A stretch of DNA of 64,000 nt. Source: Mobula hypostoma (taxonomy: Eukaryota). The stretch is taken from the NCBI RefSeq assembly GCF_963921235.1, contig NC_086097.1, forward strand, positions 21,516,001-21,580,000, given 5' to 3'. Numbering within the stretch: the first letter of the stretch is position 1; each line of letters starts with the position of its first letter. A program made the translations under genes and the position numbers. The notes beneath the pieces were generated by a model that saw only the letters and a list, made by a program, of their open reading frames with translations, did no database searches and was not told where the DNA came from. Positions 24,348-36,700 of the stretch are shown here, piece after piece.

Positions 24348-24879
24348 CTTTTCAGAAACTAATATTGTTTCTAAACCAAAGCAGTTTCATCGTGAACCGG
24401 ATTGTCTGAGGATTGGGAGAGCTAGGTAGAGCAGATGGCAGTGAGTTTAAAGATCAGGGAATGGCCACCGGGTTTCGGGAATTTTGGAATCACTGTTAGC
24501 CAATCCTCTGGCTGAGGGATTCAATCCTGTTGATGCTAATGATGACCGGCTTTTCAAGGTTCCTCATCTGTCTGCCTTGGGAGATCTAACAAGCTTAATT
24601 TTGCAAGCGGAAAACACTGGAAACATTCAGCAGGTCAGGTAGCATCTGCTGCTAATGTTTCTAATTAGTGGCCCACCTTCAGAAATCTAATGACTGCTGC
24701 TGAGCAGTCCCAGTGTCTTCAATTTTTATTTCAGATTTCCAGCATCTGCATTATTTTGGATTGAATTTGGTGTTGCCTCTGAATCCGTGTGATCCGTCTA
24801 TCACAGGGCCAGTAGCAAAGGGAGAAATTGGAAAATAAGTGATTTTTTTTCAGGGAATTGAGTTAGATTTCATGGGCAT

Positions 24880-25825
24880 AGATTCACGATTGTTTAATGT
24901 CATTTCCAATACACTAGCGTAAAGGTGAACAAAACCATTGTTACACCGGATTTGATGTAGCACACAAAAAAAACACAATAAGATCATTGACACAGCAATA
25001 ATAAAATAGTCAAAATAAATATAAATGCATAAGATAGCTTATATACATAGATTGGTTGTAGGACCATAAAGTGACCCTAGGCCCAGGAGTATCTGTACGT
25101 AATGTGTCTGACGGGAAATGATAAAGTGGTGGTGGTTGGGACTGTATAGGGGTGGGTTAGTGGGTGGAAGTGTTGATAAGCCTTGCTGCTTGGGAAAATA
25201 CAGTAAATGTTTTTGAGTGTGGTGGTCCTGGTGTGGATTCTGTGTAGCCTCCTCCCTGATGGGAGTGGGACAAACAGTCCATGAGCAGGGTGGGTAGGAT
25301 CCTTCATGATGTTTCTGGCCCCTTTCTGAATATACACCCTTGACGATGGGTAGGTGATGCCAGTGATGTGTTGGGCCGTATTGACTACTCGTTATAGTGC
25401 TTTCCTGACCGCCACAGTGCAGTCCCTGTACCGTGCACTCGTGCAGCTTGTTAGGATGCTCTCTGCTGAGCGTCTGTAGAATGACACAAGTATGGATGTG
25501 CACAGTCCAGCCCTCTTCAGCCTCCTCGGAAAGTAGGGGCACTGACGAGCTTTTCCGATTGTGTGTGATGTGTTCTGGGACCGTGAGAGGCTGTGCGAGA
25601 TGTGCGCTCCCAGCAGTCTGAAACTGCTCACAGCTGTGATGCTATGCCACCGATGTAGAGAGGGGTGTGAGTGGTGCGAGTTCTTTTGAAGTCGATAAAC
25701 ATCTCCTTGGTCTTGTTGACATTGAGGAAGAGGTTATTTGCCTGGAACCAGGCCTCGAGCTCTTCCACATCCTCTCTATAGGTGACGAAACCCACCACTG
25801 TCGTGTCATCAGCGAACTTGACAAG
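24880..25825 (-). mobile_element. Rex1/Babar-type LINE, RT to 3' end
   Basis: KFADDT at ~25803-25820; FRLLGAHISHSLS...KARQCPYFPRRLK...; KDPTHPAHGLFVPLPSGRR. Confidence 0.9.
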
Positions 25826-25961
25826 AATAGATGTTAGCTGATTTCCCTCTGCTGCTGCGATGAACGAGACAAGTGCAACACTTCAAGCTTAAATACTGGA
25901 AGAATGTAGCGTTGGCGGATTAAAACATAGTGTAGTCATAAATACAAGCATCTGTGCTGAG

Positions 25962-26402
25962 AGAATCAAAACCAAAATCAGATTTAATATCATGGGCATA
26001 TGTTGTGAAATTTGATAACTTTACAGCAGTAGTACATTGAAATACATGACAAATATGGAGAAAAAATACTGAGTTATATTAAGTATATATATATATATAT
26101 ATGTCAATTAAGTAGTTAAAGTAAATAGTGCAAAAAAAAACAAATAAAAAATAGTAAGGTAGTGTTCATGGGTTCAGTGTTCATTTAGAAATCGGATGGC
26201 AGAAGGGAAGAAGCTGTTCCTGAATCGCTGAGTGTGTGTCTTCAGTGTACGTCCTTCCCAATGGTAACGGTGAGAAGAGGGCATGTCCTGGGTGGTGGGG
26301 GTCCTTAATGATGGACATCACCTTCCTAAGGCACCGCTCCTTGAAGGTATCTTGGATACTACGGAGGCTGGTATCCATGAGGGAGCTGACTAATTTTACA
26401 AG
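25962..26402 (-). mobile_element. Rex1/Babar-type LINE 3' fragment
   Basis: ORF 26181-26378 (RCLRKVMSIIKDPHHPGHALFSPLP). Confidence 0.88.
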
Positions 26403-26519
26403 AGGAAGGCCGGACTCCAGAATTCACTGCCAGCTTATCAGGCTGTCTCTGTGGATTGATGGTGTCTTGTCTGTAGTGAATTCTGCATTCCCATGATGAT
26501 TTTCACCTTGGAGGTATGG

Positions 26520-26830
26520 GAAAGCATGGTAGTACAGTGGTTAATGTAACACTTCACAGTGCCAGCAAGTACGATTCCCACCGCTGTCTGTACGTTCTCC
26601 CCGTGGCGGTGTGGGTTTCCTCTGGGTGCTCCGGTTTCCTCCCACATTACAAGGATGTACAGGTTGAGTTAGTGAGTTGTGGGCATGTTTTGTTGGTGCC
26701 GAAAATGTACCGACACTTGCAGGCTGCCCCCAGCACAATCCTCGGACTGTGTTGGTCATTGACACAAACATGGCTTTTCACTGCATGTTTTTGATGTACC
26801 TGTGACAAATAAAGCTAATCTCTGATCTTT
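26520..26830 (+). mobile_element. V-domain tRNA SINE
   Basis: gttctccccgtggcggtgtgggtttcctctgggtgctccggtttcctcccacatt. Confidence 0.85.
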
Positions 26831-28316
26831 GTAAACCTCTGCACTGATAAAGGGAGCCCTGTTCCTGCATCGCTTAGCAGCCGAGTCGGGTTTGGTGGAG
26901 AATCGCATGGGCGAGAAGGACGGTCCTGTGCATTTAAAACAATGGCTCCAACCCTGCAGGTACGCAGAGTGACTGATGGTGGAAGGAAGGGAGCAGGAGC
27001 TGTAACCTAAAATTAGGTTGATACTGTCTTCAGGGTATTTTATGTGCGTGTGTTCCTGAGACGAGGGACTGAGGAGTTGTTGCTGGCTGTTGTTAGAGGT
27101 TGTACTCAGCCGCCACTAAAGCAAGCACTGTCCTGCAGGGAACATTTGCAGTCAGCCGAAACCAAGAAGGGAGGGGGACAGGGAACGCAGCAGCCATCAC
27201 AAGGGGGCACTGCTCCTCTAGAGGTTTGCTCGGTTACTGAAAATGGAAAAAAGCATTTATCCTTCCTTTTTGTCCCAGTTTAAGCTGCAAAATTAATTGA
27301 AAATGAAAATCTGTCCAAAAGTAACATTCAAACCACAGCCGTAACCTTGAGATGTGTCAGCTGTTCGTGTTGCCACAGAGGAGCTTATAGAGCATAGAAT
27401 ATAGAACAGTACAGCACAGTACTGGCCCTTCGGCCCACATTATTGTGCCGACCCTTTAACCTACTCCAAGATCAATCTAACCCCTCCCTCCCACATAATC
27501 CTTCATTTTTCTTTTATCCACATGGCCATTTCAGAGACCCTTGGATGTATCTGCCTCCTTCTCTGCCACCACCTTTTGAAGTTGTCCTCGATGTTGAGAG
27601 GGTTATGCCCATGATGGGGCTGACTTGAGTGTACGAGGCATTGGCAAGGTGCACTGATATCTCCATACTAGGCCCTGATGCGACCAGTCAGAATGCCCTC
27701 CACCTTGCATCTGCAGAAATTTGCTAGTGACAAACCAGCTCCCCTGAAACTCCCTGTGAAATGTAGCATGTCTTTATTTTAGTTGATTGATATGTTGAGC
27801 ACAGGATAGATTCTCAGAGATGTTGACGTCCAGGAATTCTTTGTGCTCACAGTCCTGGACTCACTGCTAAAATTCGCACGTGCCTGATTCCCCCATGCCT
27901 CATTCCTCCTTTTCTTTCTAATCACCCTCTCATTATCTCTGTACTCCACTCATTAAGATCTTTCAAGCATACCAGGGTTTGATGGCTCCACCATTGACTG
28001 TGCTCCTTCAGCTGCCTTAGCTCTATAAGTTGGCATTGGAGCCTCTTTGTCCTCCTTTATCAGTGTGTGTAAAATCATGGTGGGGGGGCGGTGTAGAGTT
28101 AAGCTGAATCTGAGACCAGATTCAAAGTACGTTTGTGTATGCTGTACCACCTCATCGCCAACTCCTCAAGGGCAACTAGGGACGGGCAATAAGTGCGGCT
28201 TAGCCAGTGACGCCCACATCCCATAAATAAATAAATACAACCCTGAGATTTGACTTCTCCACAGACAGCCCCGAGACAAAGAAAACTATGGAATCATTCA
28301 AAGAAAAAAAAAAACA

Positions 28317-28852
28317 GCCTAATTTGGAGTATTGTGTGCAGTTTTGGCCACCTACCTACAGGAAAGATGTAAATAAGTTTGAAAGAGTATAGAAAAAACT
28401 TACAAGGATGTTGCTGGGTCTGGAGGACCTGAGTTAGAAGGCAAGATTGAATAGGTTAGGACTTTATTCCTTAGAACTGAGAGGAATTTTGATAGAGGTA
28501 TACAAAATTATAGATAGGGTAAATGCCAGCAGGGTTTTTTCACTGAGGTTGGATGGGACTACAATCAGAGATCATGAGTTAAGGGTGAAAGGTGAAAATT
28601 TTAAGTGGAACATGAAGGGAAACTTCTTTACTCAGAGGGTCATGAGAGTGTGGAACGATCTGCCAGCGCAAGTGGTTCATGTGAGATTGATTTCAACATT
28701 TAACAGAAACCTGGATAGGCACATGGATAGTAGGGATATAGAGAGCTTTGGTCCCAGTGCAGGTTGATGGGAGCAGACAGTTTAAATGGTTTCAGCATGG
28801 ACTAGATGGGCTGAAGGGCCTGTGTTTGTGCTGTACTTTTCTATGACTCTAT
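28317..28852 (+). mobile_element. CR1 LINE 3' fragment inserted in a minus-strand non-autonomous retroposon (~28235-29566)
   Basis: ORF 28447 (NRLGLYSLE...RVWNDLP) and tctatgactcta tail; host sequence continues on both sides. Confidence 0.85.
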
Positions 28853-29721
28853 CAACCCCCCACACACACAAAAAACAAATTGCGCAAATGGCCACAAGAA
28901 GGAACGAGTGAAAACGTAGAAAATAAACCCCAAAAGTGAAGAGTCCATATTCATTTCAGTGTTCCTTACCCGCAGGGCGCCCTGAATTAAAGTCGCCCAC
29001 AATATCAAAATATCAACAGAAAAAGGAGCGACTAGAAACTATAGTCCAATCCACAAAGCGCAGACCCAGAAATGGAGTACCATCCCCTCAAAGCATCGAT
29101 TTGGGGCGGGGGGAGAGAGAATTTGAATGCAGGGGCCTTCTCTCAGGAGCAGTGAGTGAGAAGGAGCAAAAAACCCTCATACGCAGGCACCTCCTCTGGC
29201 AGCAGCGAGGGAGAGGCTGGTAAACAGCACTGAACACCCGCTCGCCTCCTGCACTCTCCTCAATGTTTTCAAACCTCCTTGACGTTTTGATCTGTGAGAT
29301 GGTGAGAAATGGAGTCGACTGTGGGCTCAAGCCCCATCTCTGAGCTTCTTGGCTTCGGGGCTGCTCAACTCCTGGAACCTTCTTGGAGACGGCAAAGTGC
29401 CGGATCACTCAATCGGCCTGAAGGCACACCATCAAACTGTAGGTCACAGGCCCCAACAGTATCAGAGCCAGATTTAAAAGAAACAAAACATAAAAGAGGT
29501 GAAAGAAGCAGATTCACGGACCAACTGGAGAATGTCACCCACAATAACGCTGTTCGCTGGTGCCACAAGGATGTTACCGAGACTGGAGGGTTTGAGTTAT
29601 ATAAGGAGAGACTGTTTAGGATGAGACTTTTTCGCTTAGAGTGCAGGAGGCTGAGGAGGCGATCTTATAGAGCCATAGAGCATTACAGCACAGAAATGGG
29701 CCTTTCAGCCTATCTAAAAGT

Positions 29722-30345
29722 TTAAAGGTTCAAAGGTTCATTTATTATCAAAGTATATAACTCCAAAATTATTCTTCTCCAGGTAGCCACGAAACCAAGA
29801 AAGAAAAGAACAGCAGCATGATCACCCAACCCCCCAAATCCCTCCTCCCCACACAAAAAGATGAACAAAAATGGAACAGGCACATCGACTCTCAAATACC
29901 CCTCCTGCGCACACAAAAATGAGTGAATAACACAGAATATAAAAAAAACTAAGTCTGAAAAAGAAGTCTATAGTCCAAGTCCGTATCCAAAATGCGGAAA
30001 ACCTGGGTATCATTCTCCGAGCACACTGGTAGGCCTTTCCCTCTCCGTAGCAAAGTGATACCCCAGCGATCAAAAAGCGGTTTTCCCCCTTGCAGAGCGA
30101 TCCCACCAGCAATCAAAAGACAGTCTCCCCTCTCCGTAGCAAAGTGATACCCCAGCGATCAAAAGGCACTTTCCCCTCTTGCAGAGCAATCCGGCCAGTG
30201 ATCAAAAGTCTCCCCTCTCCAGTAGCAAAGTGATACCCCGATGATCAAGAGGCAGTTTCCCCTCTTGCAGAGCAATCCCACCAGCGATCAAAAGACAGTC
30301 TCCCCTTTCCATTTGCAGAGCGATCCCATCAGCGATCAAAACGCC
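29722..30345 (-). mobile_element. non-autonomous retroposon with internal tandem repeats, inserted in a CR1 tail
   Basis: (aaaggttc)n tttattatcaaagta tail; CR1 3' UTR breaks at ~29716 and resumes at ~30345. Confidence 0.65.
30036..30345. repeat. ~44-bp tandem repeat, 7 monomers alternating A/B
   Basis: A: ccctctccgtagcaaagtgataccccagcgatcaaaa; B: cccc(tc)ttgcagagc(g/a)atcccaccagcgatcaaaag. Confidence 0.85.
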
Positions 30346-30728
30346 ATCTAGTCAATATCAACCTGGTTTTCTGCCAAGTCCCATTTACCTGCACCTAGAC
30401 CATAGCCCTCCATACCACTGTCGTCCATGTACCTGTCCAAACTTCTTTTAAATGTTACAATTGAACTTGTAGCTATCACTTCTGCTTGTTTCACATTTGC
30501 ACCTTCCCTCTGAGTGAATAAGCTCCCCTTCAGCTTCCCTTTAAATATTTCATCTTTCACCCTCAACCTATGACCTCTCAAGCTGAGGGGAAGAAGCTTG
30601 CCTGCATTCATGCTGTCTGTACCCTTCATAATTCTTTATACCTCCATTAGATCTTCCCTCATTCTCCTGTGCTCTAAGCCTATGCTGGTAATTCAGGTCT
30701 TCAAGTCCCAGCAGCAGCGTTGTAAAAT
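30345..30728 (-). mobile_element. CR1 LINE 3' fragment
   Basis: ORF 30348-30629 (LRGHRLRVK...FKRSLDRYM). Confidence 0.85.
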
Positions 30729-30858
30729 TTATAGAGATAAGTAATATCATGAGGTTTGTAGATGAGGTGAATGGTCACAGAACTAGAAGGATAACTTTAA
30801 GTGAAAGGAGAAAGATTGTAAAGGGACCCGAGGGGAAACGTTTTCACACAGAATGTGG

Positions 30859-32364
30859 TGTGACAAGAGGCCTAGGCAAAGATGGTAAGGACCCAAGTGC
30901 TGGAGCATCTGAGACTAGAATTGAGACATGATTTTGAGATTGAGATGAGAGCAGCATTCTTAACTGGATGCTACACGAGGATCCTACTGAGACAGAAATC
31001 AAAAATGCAATCGCAATACTAAACTAACTTGAGCTGACGACTGAGCATTGAACCTGAGGGCAGGTACTCTTGTAAATTTTAAAATCCTGGCTAAAATCCG
31101 AGCACTGTGAGGGTCATGTTTTTTGACTTCTCCAGTGCGTTCACCACCATCCGCCCTGCTCTGCTGGGGGAGAAGCTGACAGCGATACAGGTGGATGCTT
31201 TCCTGGTGTCATGGATTCTTGATTACCTGACTGGCAGACCACAGTACGTGTGCTTGCAACACTGTGTGTCTGACAGAGTGATTAGCAGCACTGGGGCTCC
31301 ACAGGGGACTGTCTTGTCTCCCTTTCTCTTCACCATTTACACCTCGGACTTCAACTACTGCACAGAGTCTTGTCATCTTCAGTAGTTTTCTGATGACTCT
31401 GCCATAGTTGGATGCATCAGCAAGGGAGATGAGGCTGAGTACAGGGCTACGGTAGGAAACTTTGTCACATGGCGTGAGCAGAATTATCTGCAGCTTAATG
31501 TGAAAAAGACTAAGGAGCTGGTGGTAGACCTGAGAAGAGCTAAGGTACTGGTGACCCCTGTTTCCATCCAGGGGGTCAGTGTGGACATGGTAGAGGATTA
31601 CAAATACCTGGGGATACGAATTGACAATAAACTGGACTGGTCTAAGAACACTGAGGCTGTCTACAAGAAGGGTCAGAGCCATCTCTATTTCCTGAGAAGA
31701 CTGAGGTCCTTTAACATCTGCCAGACGATGCTGAGGATGTTCTATGAGTCTGTGGTGGCCAGTGCGGTCATGTTTGCTGTTGTGTGCTGGGACAGCAGGC
31801 TGAGGGTAGCAGACACCAACAGAATCAACAAACTCATCCGTAAGGCCAGTGATGTTGTGGGGATGGAACTGGACTCTCTGACGGTGGTGTTTGAAAAGAG
31901 GATGCTGTCCAAGTTGCATGCCATCTTGGACAATGTCTCCCATCCACTACATAATGTGCTGGTTGGGCACAGGAGTACATTCAGCCAGAGACTCATTCCA
32001 CCGAGATGCAACACAGAGCGTCATAGGAAGTCATTCCTGCCTGTGGCCATCAAACTTTACAACTCCTCCCTTGGAGGGTCAGACACCCTGAGCCAATAGG
32101 CTGGTCCTGGACTTATTTCCTGGCATAATTTACATATTACTATTTAACTATTTATGGTTTTATTACTATTTAATTACTTATGGTGCAACTGTAACGAAAA
32201 CCAATTTCTCCCAGGATCAATAAAGTATGACTATGACTAAAACATAGCCACCAATTAGCGGAGTGGTCCTGAATCATTAAAGGGCCATGCCAGCTATCCG
32301 TACTTTGGGGAATCGGAGCATCCAAAGCCCCGGAAGCTGACGCGGTCGGGTGCGTACCATAAGA
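30859..32364 (-). mobile_element. probable solo LTR split by a Rex LINE, itself inside a CR1 fragment
   Basis: Begins tgtgaca, ends ccataaga (one change from ...aaca); CR1 ttttcacacaga.tgtgg resumes as ggtgggcatgtggaa; TSD not exact. Confidence 0.5.
31098..32238 (+). mobile_element. Rex1/Babar-type LINE, 5'-truncated, RT domain (one in-frame stop)
   Basis: FFDFSSAF...GAPQGTVLSPFLF...LQ*FSDD; ORF 31500-32099; (tatgac)n tail; ctaaaa on both flanks. Confidence 0.93.
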
Positions 32365-32445
32365 GTTGGTGGGCATGTGGAAAGAACTGCCCGAGGAAGT
32401 GGTACAGGCAATACATTTAAATGACATTTGGACAAGTACATGGGT

Positions 32446-32525
32446 AGGAATTCCCAACCTGGGATCTACAGACCCGTTGCTTAATGGTATTGGTCCATGG
32501 CATAAAGAATGTTGTGAATCCCTGG
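32446..32525. mobile_element. small hAT-like MITE
   Basis: aggaattcccaacct ... tgttgtgaatccctg imperfect inverted ends. Confidence 0.5.
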
Positions 32526-32559
32526 TTTTAGATGACACGGTGAACCTGCGCAAAATTCT

Positions 32560-33005
32560 CAAAGTAGAGGTGCTGTCATGCTTTCTTTGTGATGGTCCCA
32601 GCAGAGATCCTCTGATATGATTATGCCAAGGAATTCAAAGTTACAAATCCTCCCAACTCCGATCCCCTAATGAGACTGGCTCATGGACCCCAGTCTCTTC
32701 CTTCAGTCGTCAGTAAACCGCTCTGTGGTTTTGTTGACATTTAGTGAAAAGTTATTGCGGTGGCAACATTCAAACAGATTTTCAATCTCCCTCCTGTATG
32801 CCAAGTCATCACCACCTTTGATCTGACCAACGATAGTGGGATTGTCGGCAGACTCTGCTGTGGCATTGGAGCTGTACCTGGCCTCACAGACATGAGCATA
32901 AAGTGAGTAGAGCAGGGGACTGAGCACTCAGCCTCCTGGTCCACCTGTGCTGATGGTGATTGTGGAGGGGAGGGAGCTGTGTGTGACTGTTCCTGTAAGT
33001 GATAG
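32560..33005 (-). mobile_element. Rex1/Babar-type RT fragment
   Basis: ORF 32703-32927 (LSPLLYSLY...LNVNKT). Confidence 0.85.
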
Positions 33006-33087
33006 GGCAGGGAATCAGAATCAGGTTTAATATTACTGGCATATGTCATAAAGTTTGTTGCTTTGCAGCAGTACATTACAAAACATA

Positions 33088-33292
33088 ATTGTTGTTCCTT
33101 TCCACACCTTGTGGCACATCGGGCAGTAACCTTGCCATATCTTTAGCTTTTGTCTGTTTTTTACGAGGCCGAGTTGCTCGCTCGGTGCTCAACCCACCAT
33201 GGATGGAAAGGGTGCAAGGAGCCGGCCGGATTCGAACCCAGGACCACTCGCCTCGGAGTCTGGTGTGAATGTCACTACACCACTGGGCAGCT
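33088..33292 (-). mobile_element. tRNA-derived SINE inserted in a LINE tail
   Basis: Minus strand has B box ggttcgaatcc and A-box-like agtggtgtagtg; (ttg)n end. Confidence 0.8.
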
Positions 33293-33884
33293 TAAGTACC
33301 ATACAAAACCCTAAATCACAATAAGAAAAATACTATATAAAATGTTATAAATTATAATAAAAATAACTTGAATAAGGAGTGCAAAAAGGCAAATAAAGAG
33401 CAAAAAAAGAAAAAAGTGAGGTAATGTACATGGGTTCATTTCCCATTCAGAAATCTGATTGTGGAGAGGAATAAGCTATTTGTAAAATGTTGAGTGTGTG
33501 TCTTCAGTTTGCAGGAGGTTACAGTGGGTGTTTTGTCCATTGAATCTGATCCACCTTTCAATCAGGGCTAATTTATGTTCCTCTCAATCCCATTCTCCTA
33601 CCTTCTCCCCATAACCTTTGACACCCTTACTAATCAAGAAACTATCAACCTCTTCTTTAAATATAGGCAGTGCACTGAGGTCTGTTGGCAGAGGAGAAAA
33701 GCTGGTTCTAGAATGTTGAGTGTTCATTCAGGCTGTTGTGCCTCCTTTCTGCTAACAGTAATGAGAAGTCCTTAGTGATGTCTGCCACCACCTTGAATCG
33801 CCTATTGAAGACGGACTCGATAGTTGGGAGGCTTGTGCCCGTGAGGGAGCTGGCAGAGCCTGTAACTTTCTGCATCTTCTTGGA

Positions 33885-34630
33885 TGTAGGTGTCTAAGAA
33901 GATCTAGATGTCCTTGTTCATCAGTCACTGAAAGTAAGCATGCAGGTACAGCAGGCAGTGAAGAAAGCTAATGGCATGCTGGCCTTCATAACAAGGGGAA
34001 TTGAGTATAGGAGCAAAGAGGTCCTTCTGCAGTTGGACTGGGCCCTGGTGAGACCACACCTGCAATATTGGTGTACAGTTTTGGTCTCCAAATTTGAGGA
34101 AGGACATTCTAGCTATTGAGGGAGTGCAGCGTAGGTTCACGAGGTTAATTCCCGGGATGGCGGGATTGTCATATGTTGAAAGATTGGAGTGACTGGGCTT
34201 GTATACACTGGAATTTAGAAGGATGAGAGGGGATCTGATTGAAACATATAAGAGCTTACAACATATAAGAAGGGATTGGACACGCTAGAGGCAGGAAACA
34301 TGTTCCCGATGTTGGGGGAGTCCAGAACCAAAGGCCACAGTTTAAGAATAAGGGGTAGGCAATTTAGAACGGAGTTGAGGAAAAACTTCTTCACACAGAG
34401 GGTTGTGGTTCTGTGGAATGCTCTGCCTCAGAAGGCAGTGGAGGCCAATTCTCTGGATTCTTTCAAAAAAGAGTTAGATAGAGTCTTAAAGATAGCGAAG
34501 TGAAGGGATATGGGGAGAAGGCAGGAACGGGTACTGATTGTGGATGGTCAGCCATGATCACAGTGAATGGTGGTGCTGGCTCGAAGGGCTGAATGGCCTA
34601 TTCCTGCACCTACTGTCTATTGTCTATTGT
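33885..34630 (+). mobile_element. CR1 LINE 3' fragment nested in a minus-strand Rex remnant (33670-34750)
   Basis: ORF 34276 (ESRTKGHSLR...LWNALP); (tgtctat)n tail. Confidence 0.92.
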
Positions 34631-34769
34631 CTTCCGATCCTGCGCAGTGGGGTCTCCATACCGGGTGGTGATGCAACCAGTTAGAATGCTCTCCATGATA
34701 CATCTATAACAATTTGCTGGAGTCCTTGGTGGTTTCCCAAATCACCTCAAGCCTACAAACAATGCCGTT

Positions 34770-35222
34770 TCAGTCACAGATATTTCCATCCATCCCATCA
34801 CCGAGGGAAAGAGTCACACATAACTCACACCATGCTGTTATGGGCAGTGACAGGCACGCACAGCAGTACGGAAGGTAACAGTCACGCTTAGATCCAGCTC
34901 CACCATCATTGATTGCAACTCTACACAAGGCCTCCTATAAATCATCGCTGACAGAAAATGGATTGAAGCTGTCACAGGGCTCCCTCTATATCACTGGTGA
35001 TAGAAAACTGACACACAGCTCCATCTAAACCAACACTGATATATAATATTCATACACGCATCAGTCCACACCTGTAATAGAAGCTGTCACACACAAACTC
35101 CCTTTACACTGTTACTTACAGGAACTGTCACTCACACCTCCCTCTACACCAGCACTTTCAGGAATTATCGCACATATCTCCCCTTGCACTATCCCTTACA
35201 GGAACCGTCACACACACCACCC
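34770..35222. repeat. degenerate ~40-bp minisatellite
   Basis: Recurring acaggaactgtcacacacacctccctctacac-like units. Confidence 0.65.
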
Positions 35223-35227
35223 CCCAT

Positions 35228-35800
35228 GGGGATCAGCAGTGGAAAGGGTGAGCAGTTTCAAGTTCTGGATGTCAACATCTCTGAAGATCTATCCTGGGCT
35301 TAACATATCGATGCAGTTACAAAGAAGGCATGACAGAGGCTGTATTTCATTAGGAGTTTGAGAAGATTTAGTATTTTATCAAAGACACTTGCAAAGTTCT
35401 ACAGATGTACCCTGGTGAGCATCCTAACTGGGTGCATCACTGTCTGGTATGGAGGGGCCACTGCACAGGATTGGAAGAAGCTGCAGAAAGTTCAAACATA
35501 GCCAGTTCCATCACGAGTATTAGCCTCCCCACCATCAAGAACATGTTCAAAAGGTGATGCCTCAGAAAGACAGCATCCATCGTTAAGGACCTCCATCACC
35601 CAGGACATACTCTCTTCTCCTTGCTACCATCAAGTTGCAGGTACAGAAGCTTGAAGACACACACTCAATGTTTTAGGACAAGCTTCTTCCTCTTCGCCAT
35701 CAGATTTCTGAATGGACAATGAACCCATGAACACTACCTCACTTTTTTAGTTCATTCTTTTTGCACTACTTATTTAATTTTACTTAAAATTTTTTTTCTT
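35228..35800 (+). mobile_element. Rex1/Babar-type LINE 3' fragment
   Basis: agcagtttcaagttc...aagaaggca...ttctacagatgtac...aaggacctccatcacccagg. Confidence 0.88.
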
Positions 35801-35974
35801 CTTGCTGTGTACATATCTGGGAAATGATAGAATTTCGCGGTGAGTTGGATTTTATTCTGCTTTTTTACAAGGTAGGAATAGATTAAGAAGGTGATTCAAC
35901 CTATGCCAGCACACATAAACCGGCTCATGCATTCTTAATGCAACACACACAAAATGGAGGTGAATAAACAGTGA

Positions 35975-36250
35975 ACAGTCCGATGTAGCTGGGTGCACTA
36001 TGCAGATGTAGTTATCAGGGAGAAAGGAGGTTTCCCAGATCTCCCACATCTGACATGAAGAACACACCACTGACCCTGATCCTTTCTCACCTGTCCAGCT
36101 GTGCACTAAAAGACGATGAAAGAAAGAAACCTACCGGAAGCATACCTTGGTCTTTACCTCTTCTCACCAAAGCTGCTTGAGCCAAAGTCTCACGCTCTCC
36201 TCTTTAATACTGGCCCACTCACACAATGGCCGTTCCTCTAAAACTCCACC
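35975..36250 (-). mobile_element. CR1 5' UTR / ORF1 zinc-finger remnant between inverted PLE ends
   Basis: VVCSSCQMWEIWETSFLPDNYIC homologous to ORF 61391-61720; PLE ends at 35940-35975 (-) and 36255-36380 (+). Confidence 0.7.
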
Positions 36251-36439
36251 AGTTTGTTAAGGGCCCAAAATGTCGACTGTTTATTCCCCTTTGTAGATGC
36301 TATCTGAACTGCTAAGTTTTCCAGCATTTTGTGTGTATTACTCAAAATGTCCATAATCTACATGATCTCTTGTGTTTATCATTGATTCTAATTCTGTTTT
36401 GTATCTATCCCTATTATTCTAACTCGAAGAGTTGTTTGG

Positions 36440-36700
36440 TAGTGTAATGGTTAAATTCGTGGGTTAGAAAACCAGATGATATGACTTTGAATCCCACCAG
36501 ATCAGCTGGGGAATTTAAATTGTTCATTAAACAAGCTGGAATAAAGTGTATTGGTGACCTTGAAACTACAGGATTGTCATTAAGAACTCAACAGGGGAAG
36601 AATTACTGCAGTCTTTACCTGGTCTTGGCTGCCTGTGACAGCAGATTCACTGCCTCCTGTGTTTCCAAGCATATCTGTCAATAAATACAGATGATGTTCA
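36440..36700 (+). mobile_element. old tRNA-type SINE (second family)
   Basis: agtgtaatggtta head, ttgaatcccacc B-box-like, cagctggggaatttaaatt core. Confidence 0.6.

Noticed and set aside
31209..31943. 244-aa minus-strand ORF
   Set aside because: Antisense shadow of the Rex RT ORF; also seen opposite the 13603 copy
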